A stretch of 8,680 nucleotides of DNA from Candidatus Thorarchaeota archaeon (GTDB lineage Archaea; Asgardarchaeota; Thorarchaeia; Thorarchaeales; Thorarchaeaceae), in the NCBI GenBank assembly GCA_008080745.1, contig SHMX01000017.1:1-8680 (forward strand), written 5' to 3'. How positions within the stretch are numbered: the first letter of the stretch is position 1; each line of letters starts with the position of its first letter. The notes below the pieces were generated by a model that did not search any database, had not been told where the DNA came from, and saw only the letters and a program-made list of their open reading frames with translations. The position numbers and the translations under genes were made by a program. This document shows positions 5,887 through 8,680 of this stretch, piece after piece.

Positions 5887-6954
5887 GTGAGACTTCGAAT
5901 CGAGTGCGACAAGATCCGCGAGAACGCCGGGGCCCTCGTAGCGCTGGCCGCCCACCACGGGATCGACGTGGTCGGCGTGACCAAGGCCTGCTGCGGCCAC
6001 CCCGACGTCGCCCACGCCATACTCGCCGGCGGCGTGAAGACCCTGGCCGACTCCCAGCTGAGCAACATCCAGCGCATGCGCCGGGCCGGCATCGACGTCG
6101 ATATGATGCTCCTCCGCCTGCCCCGTATCAGCCAGGCCGGCGCTGTGGTCGAGTTGGCCCAGGTCAGCCTCAACTCCGAGGTGGAGACCGTGCGCGCCCT
6201 CTCCCACGCCGCCCAGGCCCGCGGGGTGACCCACCAGGTGATCCTCATGATCGAGACCGGCGACCGGCGCGAGGGCGTGATGCCCGGGGACGCCCTCGAC
6301 GCGGCCCGGGCGATGATGGAGTTGCCCGGCATCGAGCTGGTCGGCGTCGGTGCCAACCTGGCCTGCATCGGCGGGGTGCTGCCCACCCGGGAGAACACCC
6401 AGCTGCTGGTCGACATCGCCGGGGAGCTGGAGGATGCCCTGGGCGTCCGTTTCCCCGTCATCTCCGGGGGTCACACCTCCAACCTCGACGTGTTGGTGCG
6501 GGACGAGATGCCGGCCCGGGTCAACCAGCTCCGGGTGGGAGAGGCGATCCTCCTGGGCGTGAACAGCACTACCGGCAACCCCATCCCCTGCCCACACCAG
6601 GACGCCTTCACCGCCTTCGTCGAGGTGATCGAGCTCAAGACGAAGCCGTCGATGCCCGAGGGCGAGATCGCCGTCGACGCCTTCGGGCGGAAGCCCCATT
6701 GGGAGGATCACGGACCGCGCCGGCGGGCGATCCTGGCTGTGGGCGAGCAGTACGTCCGCATCGCGGCCCTGCGCCCCAAGCGCCCGGGGGTGTCGATCGT
6801 CGGTGCCAGCTCCGATCACCTGGTGGTCGACGTCACCGAGGCCGCCCCCCCGGTCCGGCTGGGCGACGAGCTGGCCTTCGACCCGGCCTACGCTGCGGTG
6901 GCCACTGCCATGGCCAGCGTCGGCGTGCCGGTGGAGGTCGTTCCTCACCGTTGA
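5887..6954 (+). CDS. Ornithine/alanine racemase-family fold-type III PLP enzyme (Orr-like)
   Basis: RBS AGGAGG 5876-5881 supports GTG 5887 (355 aa; track start 5797 is too long). PLP-lysine motif GVTK (Lys codon 5983-5985), plus VILMIETGDRREG, GANLACIGG, ISGG, LRVGEAILLG, EVIELKTKPS and GASSDHL, as in ornithine-racemase-like proteins. Stop TGA. Confidence 0.88.
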   Translation: MRLRIECDKIRENAGALVALAAHHGIDVVGVTKACCGHPDVAHAILAGGVKTLADSQLSNIQRMRRAGIDVDMMLLRLPRISQAGAVVELAQVSLNSEVETVRALSHAAQARGVTHQVILMIETGDRREGVMPGDALDAARAMMELPGIELVGVGANLACIGGVLPTRENTQLLVDIAGELEDALGVRFPVISGGHTSNLDVLVRDEMPARVNQLRVGEAILLGVNSTTGNPIPCPHQDAFTAFVEVIELKTKPSMPEGEIAVDAFGRKPHWEDHGPRRRAILAVGEQYVRIAALRPKRPGVSIVGASSDHLVVDVTEAAPPVRLGDELAFDPAYAAVATAMASVGVPVEVVPHR

Positions 6955-6960
6955 TCTTCG

Positions 6961-6991
6961 GCGGGCGCGGTCTGGGACCGGTCGTTCCCGC
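6961..6991. terminator. Imperfect hairpin between convergent genes (possible bidirectional terminator)
   Basis: GCGGG/CCCGC outer stem and CGGTC/GACCG inner stem with bulges, in the 38-nt gap between the racemase stop and the - strand stop. Confidence 0.35.
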
Positions 6992-6992
6992 G

Positions 6993-8680
6993 TTAGCGGG
7001 AATCCCCGATCCGGGTCAGGAAGACGTCGAAGGCGCCGGCGCCGTAGGCATTCGTCTGGCCCACCAGGGTGTAGCTCCCATCCGGAGCGGTGCAGACCGC
7101 GCTGGCCCAGTTGAAGCCCTCACCGCCGATGGTCCGGGTCCACAGAACCTCCCCATCCTCATCTGTGCGCGCCACGTAGACCGCGTTGTCGGTCCCGCGG
7201 ATCGTCTTGGTGCTGCCGGCGAGGAGGTATCCGCCGTCGTCCGTCTCTACCACGTCGTTGCCGTAGTCGTAGAAGATCGTCTCGCCGATGCTGCTGACCC
7301 ACTCCTGGTTGCCGTCGGCATCCGTCTTCAGCAGGATGGCGTTGAGCGTCTCCTGCCCCTGGGAAGACGTGTCCGAGTTGCCGGCGACGATGAGACCGCC
7401 GTCGCTCGTCTCGCGGATGGCGTTCCCCCAGTCGTAGCCCAGGTGACCGGGGAAGCCGATCGCCTGGGACCAGACCTCGTTCCCCTCGTTGTCGATGCGC
7501 ACCAGGTAGACGTCCCGATTCGAGGAGTGGGAGCCCGTGGAGCCGACCACGACCAGGTCGCCATCGTTGGTCTCGATCACCGCCTCCCCCATCTCCGGCC
7601 CGGTATCGCCGAAGGTGCGGGACCAGATCTCGTTCCCCTGGGCGTCGGTGCGGATCAGGTAGAGGTCGTCGAGGCCGGCGCCGGAGGACTCGGTGTACCC
7701 GGCGATGACCAGATCCCCGTTCCCCGCCTCGACCACCGACCGGGCCACGTCGACCCCCGTTCCGCCGAAGGTCTGGGACCAGAGCTCGTTCCCTTCGCCA
7801 TCGGTCTTCACCAGGTAGACGTCGCGGGCACCGGCCCCCGACGAGGTGGTGTACCCCGCGGCCGCGTAACCGCCGTCGCCGGTCGGGGTGACCGAGAAGG
7901 CGACATCCCAGCCCCGGCCGCCGAAGCTCTTCGACCAGACGACGCTACCCTGGGCATCGGTCTTCACCAGGTAGAGATCGGCGTACCCCTCGCCGAAGGA
8001 GTGGGTATAGCCGGCGATGATGAAGCCCCCATCGTCCGTGGCCTCGATTGCGTGGCCACCCTCGGCCGCGGGGCCGCCCAGCGTCGCCGCCCAGACGACG
8101 TCGTCGACGGGAGCGGCCGCGGAGTGGGTGTCGAGCGCGTGGTTGATGTCGACCTCGAGGTCGAGACCCTCCAGGGCGATCCCCACCGCGTTGCAGTTGG
8201 GGACCGTGTTGTAGAGCCCGCGTTTGGTCAGCACGATGTTCCCGGCGATGGTGGGCCGGGCATCGGCCGGCACCTGGAGGTTCTGCGCCAGACCGGCGGC
8301 CTCGAGCGGCTGGTCCATCCGGCACAGGGCATAGAGCACCAGCCCCTCCTCATTCGCTGCCCCGATCAGGTCGATCACCTCCTGGTTGTCCTCTACCTCG
8401 CGGCCCCCTTCCCGGCTGACGGGCATCAGGGCCAGGACGTCGTACTCGGCCACGTCGTCGATCTCGGAGACGAGCACGTCGACCTCGAGCGCGCCCGAGC
8501 CGTGCTGGAGGGCGAACTGGCGGCAGGGCCGGACCGATTCGGTGACCCCGGTGAGGGTGACGTCCCACCCGAAGAGCTCGAAGTTGTCGAGGATCAGGTG
8601 CGTGTTCGCACCGTAAAGGTCGCTGACCAGGGCCAGGACGCGGACGTCCTCCGTGGTCGAGGTGGGGATGGGGGTGGGTG
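6993..8680 (-). CDS. Putative extracytoplasmic protein: Pro/Thr linker + divergent DJ-1/PfpI-like domain + 7-repeat beta-propeller; 5'-partial
   Basis: The frame of track ORF 6993..8477 stays open to the window edge, adding PTPIPTSTTEDVRVLALVSDLYGANTHLILDNFELFGWDVTLTGVTESVRPCRQFALQHGSGALEVD. DJ-1/PfpI-like elements are YDVLALMP, LYALC...LEAAGL and GNIVLTKRG. The C-terminus has seven ~52-aa repeats. Stop TAA 6993-6995. Confidence 0.85.
   Translation of the reverse strand, partial: PTPIPTSTTEDVRVLALVSDLYGANTHLILDNFELFGWDVTLTGVTESVRPCRQFALQHGSGALEVDVLVSEIDDVAEYDVLALMPVSREGGREVEDNQEVIDLIGAANEEGLVLYALCRMDQPLEAAGLAQNLQVPADARPTIAGNIVLTKRGLYNTVPNCNAVGIALEGLDLEVDINHALDTHSAAAPVDDVVWAATLGGPAAEGGHAIEATDDGGFIIAGYTHSFGEGYADLYLVKTDAQGSVVWSKSFGGRGWDVAFSVTPTGDGGYAAAGYTTSSGAGARDVYLVKTDGEGNELWSQTFGGTGVDVARSVVEAGNGDLVIAGYTESSGAGLDDLYLIRTDAQGNEIWSRTFGDTGPEMGEAVIETNDGDLVVVGSTGSHSSNRDVYLVRIDNEGNEVWSQAIGFPGHLGYDWGNAIRETSDGGLIVAGNSDTSSQGQETLNAILLKTDADGNQEWVSSIGETIFYDYGNDVVETDDGGYLLAGSTKTIRGTDNAVYVARTDEDGEVLWTRTIGGEGFNWASAVCTAPDGSYTLVGQTNAYGAGAFDVFLTRIGDSR
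6996..8093 (-). repeat. Seven tandem ~52-aa coding repeats (W-x3-[FIL]-GG-x-G-x-D...DGG-x3-AG-x-T...D-x-YL-x-[KR]-TD-x2-GN), likely beta-propeller blades
   Basis: Repeats begin at WAATLGG, WSKSFGG, WSQTFGG, WSRTFGD, WSQAIGF, WVSSIGE and WTRTIGG; the first Trp codon is at 8093-8091. Confidence 0.85.

Noticed and set aside
5440-6948. 502-aa antisense ORF and other long antisense or alternate-frame ORFs (1338..2030, 1510..2310, 2027..2803, 4068..4700, 5712..6461, etc.)
   Set aside because: These are shadow ORFs of strongly GC3-biased genes: they fully overlap well-supported CDSs, have R/G/P/H-rich low-information translations and show no recognisable motifs.
6996-8093. Periodic ~156-nt repeats as a CRISPR array or non-coding tandem repeat
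   Set aside because: The repeats are degenerate at DNA level, conserved at protein level and in frame within a CDS.

Overview
GC-rich bacterial window with seven co-oriented + strand genes and one convergent - strand gene. In order: a 5'-truncated MttB-superfamily (trimethylamine methyltransferase-like) gene with Met rather than pyrrolysine at the Pyl site; its cognate corrinoid protein; a GntR/FCD regulator; a near-consensus sigma70 promoter; a polar amino-acid ABC transporter (lipoprotein SBP, permease, ATPase); and an ornithine-racemase-like fold-type III PLP enzyme with atypical motifs. On the - strand is a 5'-truncated protein in which a Pro/Thr linker and a degenerate DJ-1/PfpI-like domain (partly missed by the ORF track) are fused to a 7-repeat beta-propeller. 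The intergenic spacers hold several perfect hairpins, including a GTAG-family REP-like palindrome. The best candidate for an undescribed system is uptake, racemization and corrinoid-dependent demethylation of a side-chain-methylated basic amino acid. This rests on gene neighbourhood and motifs only. Protein style suggests an anaerobe such as Chloroflexota/Anaerolineae (low-confidence impression). No rRNA, tRNA, CRISPR array or transposase was seen.
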